In this document: positions 9,691-17,638 of the stretch, one piece after another
Position numbering within the stretch: position 1 is the stretch's first letter
Layout of the letters: each line of letters starts with the position of its first letter
Source of the DNA: an uncultured Methanosarcinales archaeon
GTDB lineage: Archaea; Nanobdellota; Nanobdellia; Woesearchaeales; JAHJBD01
Assembly (NCBI GenBank): GCA_964534665.1
Contig: CAZHRT010000004.1
Coordinates: 10,956-74,955 of the forward strand
Length of the DNA: 64,000 nucleotides
Direction of reading: 5' to 3'
Program-made: the position numbers and the translations under genes
Notes under the pieces: model-generated
Database searches by the model: none
Told to the model about the DNA's origin: nothing
Seen by the model: the letters and a program-made list of their open reading frames with translations, nothing else

Positions 9691-11247
9691 TTATAAAGCA
9701 TTTATAAGTAAATAATATCTTAACCCTTTTTCAATTGCTTCTATACTTGCTTCAAGTATGTTTGTTGAAACCCCTACTGTGCCCCATTCGTCATTACCTT
9801 TTTTAAATTCAATATAAACCCTAACTGAACTTTCAGCACCTTTATCTTCAGCTATCATTACTTTATAATTTATTAATTTTAATTTTTCAATATTTTTGTC
9901 TACTTTAGCAGCTAATTTCTTAATTGTGTGATAAACTGCATCTACTGGTCCGCCTTTAACAGAATCTTTTACTTCAATATCTTTCTCTTTTATCTTACCA
10001 ATAACTGTACATTCAGAAAATTCACCATTTTTTTGTTCAGAATGAATTTCCCAACTATTAATCTTAAAAACCTCCCCTTTTCCAAAAAATTCTTCTTTTA
10101 GCAAAAATTGCTCAGCAGGTAATGACCCAATATCATACCCTTCTTTTTCAAGAACTTCTACTTTACTTAGCATTTTTTTAACATTTGAATCATTTTTATC
10201 AACTTTAATACCAAACTTTTTAAGAGCTTCAACTATATTGGCCTTACCAGATAAATCGCTTAGTACAATTCCCCTTTCATTTCCAACGCTTGTTGCATCA
10301 ACATGCTCATAAGATGCCCCTTTCATTATTGCATCCACATGTATACCACCTTTATGTAAAAATGCATGTTTACCTACAAAGGGTTGTGCTTTGTTTGGTT
10401 TAATATTTGCTAATGTAAAAGTAATGTCACTTAATTCTGTCAGTTTCTTAAGTTTAATTTTATTTGTTTTGACCCCTTTCTTTAAAATAAGATTTGGAAT
10501 TATCTGACACAAATCTGCATTACCTGCCCGTTCTCCAAATCCGTTTATGGTTCCTTGTATCATCTCAATACCATAATCCACACTTACTAATGAATTTGCA
10601 ACCGCAACCCCACTATCATTATGAAAATGTACACCTAATTTAACTTTCAACTTTTCTTGTGTTAAGAAATTATTTACTTCTTGAATAACTTTCTCAACAT
10701 CTTTAACTAATGTTCCACCATTAGTGTCACACATAACTGCATAATCACTCCCAGCTAATACTGCTTGTTTTAAACATTCTAATGCGTATTTCTTATTATC
10801 CATAAATCCATCAAAGAAATGTTCAAGATCATACACCACTTCTAACCCTTTAGACTTTAGAAATTTAATACTATCATTAATCGCTCCCAAATTCTCTTCT
10901 GGCTTAATTTTTAGTTGTTTTTCAACATGTGCTAACCAGGTTTTACCAAAAATACATGCAACCCTTGCTTTACTATCTAATATTGCATTAAGATTAGCAT
11001 CTTCACTAGCTTTAATCCCTTTTCTTCTAGTGGACCCAAATGCAACAACTTTACTGTTATTTAATTTTAATTTTGTAACTTCTAAAAATGTTTCCATGTC
11101 CTTTGGATTAGATCCTGGCCAACCAAGTTCAATATAGTCAATACCAAATTCGTCCAAAGCCCTAACTATCTCAACCTTATCCCTTATTGAAAGGTTTATG
11201 TTTGCGCTTTGGGTTCCATCTCTTAATGTTGTATCAAATATCTCCAT
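9691..11247 (-). CDS. cimA: (R)-citramalate synthase / 2-isopropylmalate synthase family (CimA-like)
   Basis: N-terminal DTTLRDGTQS...GWPGSNPKD HMGL-like TIM barrel, HFHNDSG, and a C-terminal LeuA-type regulatory domain. Confidence 0.8.
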   Translation of the reverse strand: MEIFDTTLRDGTQSANINLSIRDKVEIVRALDEFGIDYIELGWPGSNPKDMETFLEVTKLKLNNSKVVAFGSTRRKGIKASEDANLNAILDSKARVACIFGKTWLAHVEKQLKIKPEENLGAINDSIKFLKSKGLEVVYDLEHFFDGFMDNKKYALECLKQAVLAGSDYAVMCDTNGGTLVKDVEKVIQEVNNFLTQEKLKVKLGVHFHNDSGVAVANSLVSVDYGIEMIQGTINGFGERAGNADLCQIIPNLILKKGVKTNKIKLKKLTELSDITFTLANIKPNKAQPFVGKHAFLHKGGIHVDAIMKGASYEHVDATSVGNERGIVLSDLSGKANIVEALKKFGIKVDKNDSNVKKMLSKVEVLEKEGYDIGSLPAEQFLLKEEFFGKGEVFKINSWEIHSEQKNGEFSECTVIGKIKEKDIEVKDSVKGGPVDAVYHTIKKLAAKVDKNIEKLKLINYKVMIAEDKGAESSVRVYIEFKKGNDEWGTVGVSTNILEASIEAIEKGLRYYLLINAL

Positions 11248-11439
11248 TTTATTTAACCAGAAACGTTGCTACCCACCTATTTGAAAAGAGGGGTAGTTAA
11301 CATATAATTCCAATAATAACTATAAAGAAAAAATTACAAAACTTTTTTTTGATTGCATTTATCATAGTTCTTCGAATGTAATCTAACTATTTAAAGCTTT
11401 GCATGGGTCAGATTTTAACTACTCTGCGATAGTTACTTT

Positions 11440-12237
11440 GTGGAAAGGTTTAAAAAGATTATCCTATTCTTTGAGGGTATGTTAATTCAAAAAGAGTTTT
11501 TACTTAAACTTAAAGATTTTGGTTTAAATAGTTATGAATCAAAAATTTGGACTGCCCTTTTATCGTTGGGTATGTCAACAGCAGGCGAACTTTCAGATAT
11601 TGCTAATGTTCCACGTTCTAGAAGTTATGATGTTCTTGAATCTTTAGTCAAAAAAGGATTCATCATATTAAAACCAGGTAAACCAATAACTTATATTGCT
11701 ATACCTCCAGAAGAAGCAGTTGAAAGAATGAAAAATCGTGTCAAAAAAGAAGCTGAAGTTGACTTAAAAATTATTGAAGACCTTAAATCTCATAAAATTA
11801 TTGAAGATCTTAAAAACTTACATTCAGAGGGAATCAGTACGGTTGATCCAACAGATTTATCTGGTTCAATTTCTGGAAAAGAAAATATAGAAAATCACCT
11901 TTCTTCTATGTTTAGATCTGCAAAAAAATCTATAACAATTTATTCAACAAATTTAAATTCAAATAGGTTCCTACCTTTACTTGAAAAAGCTAAAAAAAAT
12001 GCTGTAAAAATAAATATTGCATTAAATTCTAAAATTGAAAAAAATCTTTCTACTATTGCTCAAACATTTAAAGCTAAAGAAAGGGCAAGATATTTTATTG
12101 TTGATAATCGGGATGTAATGTTTATGTTGCTTGATAATGAAGATATACATCCAAGTTACGATACTGCTATTTGGGTTAATTCCCCGTTCTTTGCTTCTGT
12201 TCTTGAATCTATGTTTAAAAACGCAGTAAAAAAATAA
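11440..12237 (+). CDS. TrmB-family transcriptional regulator
   Basis: N-terminal wHTH (YESKIWTALLSLGMSTAGELSDIANVPRSRSYDVLESLVKKG). Divergent from cimA. The alternative start at 11479 (MLIQ) cannot be excluded. Confidence 0.7.
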   Translation: MERFKKIILFFEGMLIQKEFLLKLKDFGLNSYESKIWTALLSLGMSTAGELSDIANVPRSRSYDVLESLVKKGFIILKPGKPITYIAIPPEEAVERMKNRVKKEAEVDLKIIEDLKSHKIIEDLKNLHSEGISTVDPTDLSGSISGKENIENHLSSMFRSAKKSITIYSTNLNSNRFLPLLEKAKKNAVKINIALNSKIEKNLSTIAQTFKAKERARYFIVDNRDVMFMLLDNEDIHPSYDTAIWVNSPFFASVLESMFKNAVKK

Positions 12238-12320
12238 TAATCAGTTTATTTCTAATATATTAAATAAGCGTAACATTTATATATCACTTTCTTTATTAAC
12301 TTAAAAAAAGAGGTGGTCAA

Positions 12321-12527
12321 ATGACGTTATTAGGAGTTGAGGAAGTAACACTTGCAGTTATTCTTGGTACATTGTTAGCAATAGTTTATGCACTTAGAGT
12401 TTTGGTTCTTATGGAACGAAGAATTGCTCGAATTGAAGGACACATTGAAGGTGTTGTTAGCAAAATTATGAAAGAAGAACTTAAGATTGAAAAATTAGAA
12501 AAAGCACGTACTAGAAGGAGAAATTAA
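12321..12527 (+). CDS. Small single-TM protein followed by a charged coiled-coil tail (68 aa)
   Basis: Strong RBS AGAGGTGG 6 nt upstream, one TM helix, KE-rich tail. Confidence 0.45.
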   Translation: MTLLGVEEVTLAVILGTLLAIVYALRVLVLMERRIARIEGHIEGVVSKIMKEELKIEKLEKARTRRRN

Positions 12528-12909
12528 TCAACTCTTCAAAAAGTAAGCCTTTTGCTTGTGCCTCTTCTAAAGAGATCATAAAACTTTTTTCACTTTCTTT
12601 TAAATCTTCTATATTAATAAATAACCATTCGTTCCTATCAAATCTCACTGCAATCCAAGGTTCTGCACCATAAAGTCCAGAAAATTCTTTAAGTTGATTT
12701 ATTTCTTCTTTAGAAAGATATTTTTTATGTTCTTTACTTGTTTTAGCTTCAATTGCTAAACGCCTTAATTTATTTGCAGCTAAAATATCTGCACAAGGAT
12801 ATCTCATTGAGCCAGATCCAGCAACCCTTATGGCTGCCCATTCTTTTGTAGCCCAAAACAGATGAATTAATTCTCGCTCAGCATTTGATCCTTTACTTTT
12901 TCTATTCAT
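12511..12909 (-). CDS. hjc: Holliday junction resolvase Hjc
   Basis: GSNAERELI...AIRVAGSGS...IEAKTS catalytic motif set of archaeal Hjc; size 132 aa. Confidence 0.85.
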   Translation of the reverse strand: MNRKSKGSNAERELIHLFWATKEWAAIRVAGSGSMRYPCADILAANKLRRLAIEAKTSKEHKKYLSKEEINQLKEFSGLYGAEPWIAVRFDRNEWLFINIEDLKESEKSFMISLEEAQAKGLLFEELINFSF

Positions 12910-13796
12910 AGTTTTATCTTCATCAAATCTCTTGCAACTTCTGAATTATCAAATACTAATCTTGCGTCTTCTTCAATTTCTTGGCCACTAGTATATCTCG
13001 CACTTAAATGATTAAGAACCAACCTCTTTGCATTGGTTTGGCTTGCAATTAATCCAGCATCTTTTGCAGTCATATGTTTATGCTCTTCAGCTTTATCAGA
13101 TAATTTTGAGGTGTAAGTTGCTTCACAAATTAATAAGTCTACATCTTCAGCTATTTGATTACAAGATTTACAAGGGACACTATCTGAGATTATTCCAATT
13201 GTTCTACCCTTGACAATATAAGCTATATCTTCTGGCTTAATCTTTTTCCCTTTGTAAGTGATTGATTTATTTTCTTGAATTTTACCTAATAATGGCCCAT
13301 CAGGTATCCCAAATTTTTTTGCCTTTTTAGTGTCTATTCTTAATTTATCTTTTTCTTCAAACCTAAATCCTAAGCTTTCGATACCATGATCTAATTGATA
13401 AACTATAAGTTCCATATCAGAATTTTCAAAGAATGCACCTTTACCAATTTCCTTAATTTCAAAATTTAGTGGTTTGTCAAAAACAAATGCTTCGAACATA
13501 GCATCAAATCTTTTTTTTGTTCCTTTGGGTCCATATATCATTAACTTTTCAGAATAGCCCAAAGCTGCTAAACTTTGTAATAAACCAGGCAAACCTAAAA
13601 CATGGTCCCCATGCCAATGTGAAATTAATATTTTAGTTATCTTAGTGATTGATTTACCAGCTAATTTAAACTGCCTTTGTGTCCCCTCACCACAATCAAT
13701 TAAAATTCCTTGATCTTTATAACTAATAAAAACAGACGATTGATTCCGTTCTTTGGTTGGCACCATCGATGAAGTGCCTAAAAATAATATTTCCAT
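12906..13796 (-). CDS. rnz: Ribonuclease Z (tRNA 3' endonuclease)
   Basis: Metallo-beta-lactamase HWHGDH motif plus an exosite-containing tRNase Z fold. The 4-nt overlap with hjc suggests an operon. Confidence 0.9.
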   Translation of the reverse strand: MEILFLGTSSMVPTKERNQSSVFISYKDQGILIDCGEGTQRQFKLAGKSITKITKILISHWHGDHVLGLPGLLQSLAALGYSEKLMIYGPKGTKKRFDAMFEAFVFDKPLNFEIKEIGKGAFFENSDMELIVYQLDHGIESLGFRFEEKDKLRIDTKKAKKFGIPDGPLLGKIQENKSITYKGKKIKPEDIAYIVKGRTIGIISDSVPCKSCNQIAEDVDLLICEATYTSKLSDKAEEHKHMTAKDAGLIASQTNAKRLVLNHLSARYTSGQEIEEDARLVFDNSEVARDLMKIKL

Positions 13797-13874
13797 TCTC
13801 CTGAAGAAACTTTATAGATATTTAAAACTATGTTTTTAGAAATCTTTTTAAACCGACTAGTAAATTAAGATATT

Positions 13875-14444
13875 ATGGTTAAGAAGAAAAAAGAAAACGC
13901 CCAAGTTAATGAAAAAAAGATTAAAGTATTGGCAGTCTTATCTGAAGGATCTGTTTTAACTGAAAATTCAGATGCTGCTAGAGATTTATATAATCAAAGT
14001 AGATTTGGAACCATCCTTGATAATGGAAAAGTTCAATTAACTTTGATAGAATCATTATACCTTCTAGATAAAGGCAGATTAGATTTAAGAAATAATAGGA
14101 ATCAGGAAGTAATCTTTGACCTTTTCCTTAAAAAAGCAAAAAAACTTGAAAAAAATTTTTGGGTTAGATATGGTGTGTTTAAAGATATCAGAAATAGGGG
14201 GTATATAATCAAAACAGCACTCAAATTCGGTGCAGACTTTAGAGTTTATGATAGGGGTATTAAACCAGGAGAAGACCATGCAAAATGGATTGTTTATCCT
14301 GTTCAAGAAACATCTAGTTTAACCTGGTATGACTTTGCAGCAAAAAATCGTGTTGCCCATTCAACAAAAAAAAGATTGTTAATAGGGGTCGTTGACGAGG
14401 AAAATTCTGTAACTTATTATGAAATCAAATGGGTTAGGCCATAA
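13875..14444 (+). CDS. endA: tRNA-splicing endonuclease catalytic subunit
   Basis: C-terminal catalytic block YRGY..K..GADFRVY...H..W typical of EndA; 189 aa. Confidence 0.85.
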   Translation: MVKKKKENAQVNEKKIKVLAVLSEGSVLTENSDAARDLYNQSRFGTILDNGKVQLTLIESLYLLDKGRLDLRNNRNQEVIFDLFLKKAKKLEKNFWVRYGVFKDIRNRGYIIKTALKFGADFRVYDRGIKPGEDHAKWIVYPVQETSSLTWYDFAAKNRVAHSTKKRLLIGVVDEENSVTYYEIKWVRP

Positions 14445-14475
14445 ATTATATAAACTTGGTTAGGTTACTTAACCC

Positions 14476-15465
14476 ATGGACATTCACCGGGGTATTTTAG
14501 ATTTTATTCGTATTAAAGGGCCTAGTTTACCTACCCAAATTGCCAAACATATTGGAAAAGATTCATTAATGGCTTCTGTGTATTTATCAGAACTAGCTTC
14601 AACTAAGAAGATATTAATCTCTTGGTTAAAAGTTGGTGCATCCCCACTATATTATTTACCTGGTCAACAAAATAAATTACAAAATTTCTCTTCTAAGCTA
14701 AATGAAAAAGATTTAGAAGCATATAATTTGCTTAAAGAAAAAAAAATTATACAAGAAAAGGAATTAAGTCCCTTGTATAGGGTCGCTATGAAGAATCTAA
14801 AAGATTTTGCAGAACCATTAAACGTTACTTTCAATGGTGGAACAGAGATCTTTTGGAAATGGTCACTTTTGTCTGAACAAGAAACAAAAGAAACAATACA
14901 AAGCATTGTAAATCCTATAAAAGAATTACCAAAAGAAACTAAAAAAGAAGAAACAAAAATAGAAGATAATAATGTTCAAGAAAAGGGTGCAGAAGAAAAG
15001 AAAATAGATAAGCCTATTGAAGAAAAAATAATCCCAAAAAAAGAAATTCTCAACAATAAAACTGAAATCAATAAAGAAACGCCCATTAAATCAAAAGAAA
15101 TAGAAGAAGTTCAACAAAAAATAATTAAAACCGAGAAAAAAGAAAAGAAAAACATAGAATCAGATTTCCTCAATCAAATTGAAGATTATTTCGCATCAAA
15201 TGGTATTAAAATTATTGAAAAAAATATAATCAGAAAAACTGAATTAGATTTCTTGTTGAGTGTACCTAGTTCGGTGGGTAATTTAACTTATTATTGTAAG
15301 GCTAAATCAAAGATAAAAATTAATGATGGCGATCTAAGTTCGGCTTTTATCCAGGCACAATCAAAAAAATTGCCTTGTTTTTTTGTTACAAAAGGGGATT
15401 TGACTAAAAAAGCTCAAGAAATGCTTGAACAAGAATTTCCTGGAATGCATATAAAAAAAATATAA
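14476..15465 (+). CDS. Hypothetical protein: N-terminal winged helix, K/E-rich low-complexity linker, C-terminal restriction-endonuclease-like (PD-(D/E)xK-like) module
   Basis: wH-like N-terminus (ILDFIRIKGPSLPTQIAKHIG), (KE)n linker, C-terminal E..D...YYCKAK block. Confidence 0.4.
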   Translation: MDIHRGILDFIRIKGPSLPTQIAKHIGKDSLMASVYLSELASTKKILISWLKVGASPLYYLPGQQNKLQNFSSKLNEKDLEAYNLLKEKKIIQEKELSPLYRVAMKNLKDFAEPLNVTFNGGTEIFWKWSLLSEQETKETIQSIVNPIKELPKETKKEETKIEDNNVQEKGAEEKKIDKPIEEKIIPKKEILNNKTEINKETPIKSKEIEEVQQKIIKTEKKEKKNIESDFLNQIEDYFASNGIKIIEKNIIRKTELDFLLSVPSSVGNLTYYCKAKSKIKINDGDLSSAFIQAQSKKLPCFFVTKGDLTKKAQEMLEQEFPGMHIKKI

Positions 15466-15466
15466 A

Positions 15467-16477
15467 ATGGGTGTCGCATTTAAAGATTTAATACAGGGAA
15501 AAGATATTAGTTTTGAAGAACTAAAAGACAAAATATTGGTTATAGATTCATTTAATTTATTATACCAATTTCTAACTACTATTAGAAGTAGGGACGGTAG
15601 TGCTTTAACGGATTCTAAAGGCAATATAACTTCTCATTTAGTAGGGATGTTTTCTAGGATAACTAAATTAATGACATATGGTATTAAATTAGCTTTTGTT
15701 TTTGATGGAAAACCTCCTGAACTAAAACAAAGAGAAAGGGCAAGACGAAGAGAGTTAAAAAAAGAAGCAGAATTAAAATATGAAGAAGCAGTTGAAGAAA
15801 AAGATATCGATTCAATGAAAAAATATGGTGGTCGAACTGTCCGTTTAACAAAAGATTTAATTGATGAATCAAAACAACTTTTAGAATATTTAGGATTACC
15901 CGTTATCCAAGCACCTTCTGAAGGAGAAGCGCAAGCTGCCTATATGGTCAAGAAAGGTGATGCTTACGCTACTGTAAGTCAAGATTATGATACACTATTA
16001 CATTGTTCTGAAAAATTAATTAGAAACCTTTCAATAGCGGGCAAAAAAAAGAAGGGTTTAACTTACGAAACCTTCAAACCACAAATAATCAACTTAGCTG
16101 AAACATTAAATAACGTAGGAATTGATCAAAATCAATTAATCGTGCTTGCAATATTAATAGGTACAGACTATAATCCTGGGGGCATAAAAGGCATTGGCCC
16201 AAAAAACGCATTAAAATTAGTTAAAAAATACGGTTCAGATTTTGATGCTTTATTCAAAGAAGTAAAAACAGGTTTTAATTGGACAGAAGTTTATTATCAA
16301 ATTAAAAAAATGCCAGTAACAGATGACTATAAACTTGAATGGAAAGAAATTAATGTAACCCAATTAATAGAATTCTTATTGAAAAGAGAATTTTCTGAAG
16401 AACGAATTGAATCAAGTTTAAAGCGCCTTGTAAAGTCAAAAAAAGCAAAACAGCAAACATCTCTTGCCGACTTCTAG
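15467..16477 (+). CDS. fen: Flap endonuclease 1
   Basis: XPG-N/XPG-I domains, acidic active-site residues (VIDSFNLLYQF, VFDGKPPELK), H3TH and a C-terminal PIP-like tail. Confidence 0.95.
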   Translation: MGVAFKDLIQGKDISFEELKDKILVIDSFNLLYQFLTTIRSRDGSALTDSKGNITSHLVGMFSRITKLMTYGIKLAFVFDGKPPELKQRERARRRELKKEAELKYEEAVEEKDIDSMKKYGGRTVRLTKDLIDESKQLLEYLGLPVIQAPSEGEAQAAYMVKKGDAYATVSQDYDTLLHCSEKLIRNLSIAGKKKKGLTYETFKPQIINLAETLNNVGIDQNQLIVLAILIGTDYNPGGIKGIGPKNALKLVKKYGSDFDALFKEVKTGFNWTEVYYQIKKMPVTDDYKLEWKEINVTQLIEFLLKREFSEERIESSLKRLVKSKKAKQQTSLADF

Positions 16478-16512
16478 TTACTTTTATATACTTTTAATAT
16501 TTTTATTATATT

Positions 16513-17337
16513 ATGAAGCTAAAAGAATTATTATCTAAAAAATTAACAAAAAAACAATTAAAAATGTTACCTACTTCTTTTGATGTGGTGGGAGATATTC
16601 TAATTTTTAACCAGTTCCCAGAAGAACTTGAAAAAAAAGAAAAAATTATTGGAGATATAATATTAAAAGAACATAAAAATGTTAAAATAATATGCAAAAA
16701 GACAAAAAAACATTCGGGGATATATAGATTACCTAAATTAAAAATTATTGCAGGGCAAAGAAGAAAAGAAACAGAACATAAAGAAAATAATGTTAGATTA
16801 AAACTTAATGTAGAAAAAGTATATTTCTCAGCGAGATCTTCAACAGAAAGAAAACGAATTTATGAACAAGTTAAAGATGGTGAAGATGTTTTAGTTATGT
16901 TTTCAGGTTGTGGCCCATTTACAATTGAAATTGCCAGAAATTCTAATCCCAAAAAAGTTTCTGCTGTTGAAATAAATCCTATTGCACACGAATATGCTGT
17001 AGAAAATATTAAATTAAACAAAGTTCAAGATAAAGTTAATTTACTCTTTGGTGATGTTAATGATATCTTACCAAAACTTAAAAAAAAGTTTGACCGAATC
17101 TTAATGCCTTTGCCAATGTGGGGAGAAGCTTTTCTTGAATTAGCAATCAGTAAAGTAAAGAAAAAAGGAATAGTGCATTTCTATGATTTTGGTGAAGATA
17201 CTTTCCAAACTGCAAAAATTAAAGTTAAAGAAGCATGTAAACAAACAAAAAAGAAATGTAAAATATTAAACGCAGTAAAATGTGGGCAATTTTCCCCTAA
17301 AGTGTTTAGAATATGTATCGATTTCAGAGTAGAATAG
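16513..17337 (+). CDS. trm5: tRNA (m1G37) methyltransferase Trm5 / Taw2-type class I SAM-dependent methyltransferase
   Basis: Met-10+ like domain, SAM-binding VMFSGCGPFTIE, NLPK-like catalytic loop. Confidence 0.75.
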   Translation: MKLKELLSKKLTKKQLKMLPTSFDVVGDILIFNQFPEELEKKEKIIGDIILKEHKNVKIICKKTKKHSGIYRLPKLKIIAGQRRKETEHKENNVRLKLNVEKVYFSARSSTERKRIYEQVKDGEDVLVMFSGCGPFTIEIARNSNPKKVSAVEINPIAHEYAVENIKLNKVQDKVNLLFGDVNDILPKLKKKFDRILMPLPMWGEAFLELAISKVKKKGIVHFYDFGEDTFQTAKIKVKEACKQTKKKCKILNAVKCGQFSPKVFRICIDFRVE

Positions 17338-17382
17338 TTCTTAATTTTTATTTATAAATATAATAAACAAATATTTTATTGA

Positions 17383-17498
17383 TACTTACAATGTAAGTAA
17401 TATTGGAAGAGTATACTTACAATGTAAGTAAACAAAAGACAAATATACTTACAATGTAAGTAAAACCACAACCTGAAGGAATACTTACAATGTAAGTA
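17383..17498. repeat. Array of four identical 17-bp perfect palindromes TACTTACA-A-TGTAAGTA (at 17383-17399, 17414-17430, 17446-17462, 17482-17498). Each is embedded in aTACTTACAATGTAAGTAa, and the unique spacers are 14, 15 and 19 bp
   Basis: Read directly in the sequence. Lies between the convergent 3' ends of trm5 (+) and polD large subunit (-). Confidence 0.9.
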
Positions 17499-17543
17499 AA
17501 AACAATACAAACGTTTTTAAGTTAAGAATCAATTATATACTAT

Positions 17544-17610
17544 GCACGCGATGATTAAGTGAACACCAGTGCCCTCTGTGGCAGACGGAAGTAACTGCTG
17601 AGCGTGCACT
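17544..17610 (+). ncRNA. Candidate small structured RNA (C/D-box sRNA-like): terminal stem GCACGC/GCGTGC, near-consensus C box ATGATTA, D box CTGA, followed by a T-run
   Basis: A ~65-nt island of >55% GC in ~25% GC intergenic DNA. The 6-bp terminal helix brackets a RUGAUGA-like box and a CUGA box immediately inside the 3' stem. Internal C'/D' boxes are degenerate. Strand is inferred from box orientation. Confidence 0.3.
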
Positions 17611-17638
17611 TTTCTAAAAAATCAAATAAACTTAAGAA

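Noticed and set aside
17383-17498. Palindrome array considered as a mini-CRISPR
   Set aside because: The repeat unit is only 17-19 bp, spacers are 14-19 bp and uneven, there are only four units, the repeat is a perfect palindrome (atypical for CRISPR), and no cas genes are present in the window.
17544-17610. GC-rich element considered as a tRNA or tRNA fragment
   Set aside because: Too short (~65 nt), with no T-loop (GTTCRANYC) or D-loop signatures and no cloverleaf. A C/D-box-like layout fits better but is itself tentative.
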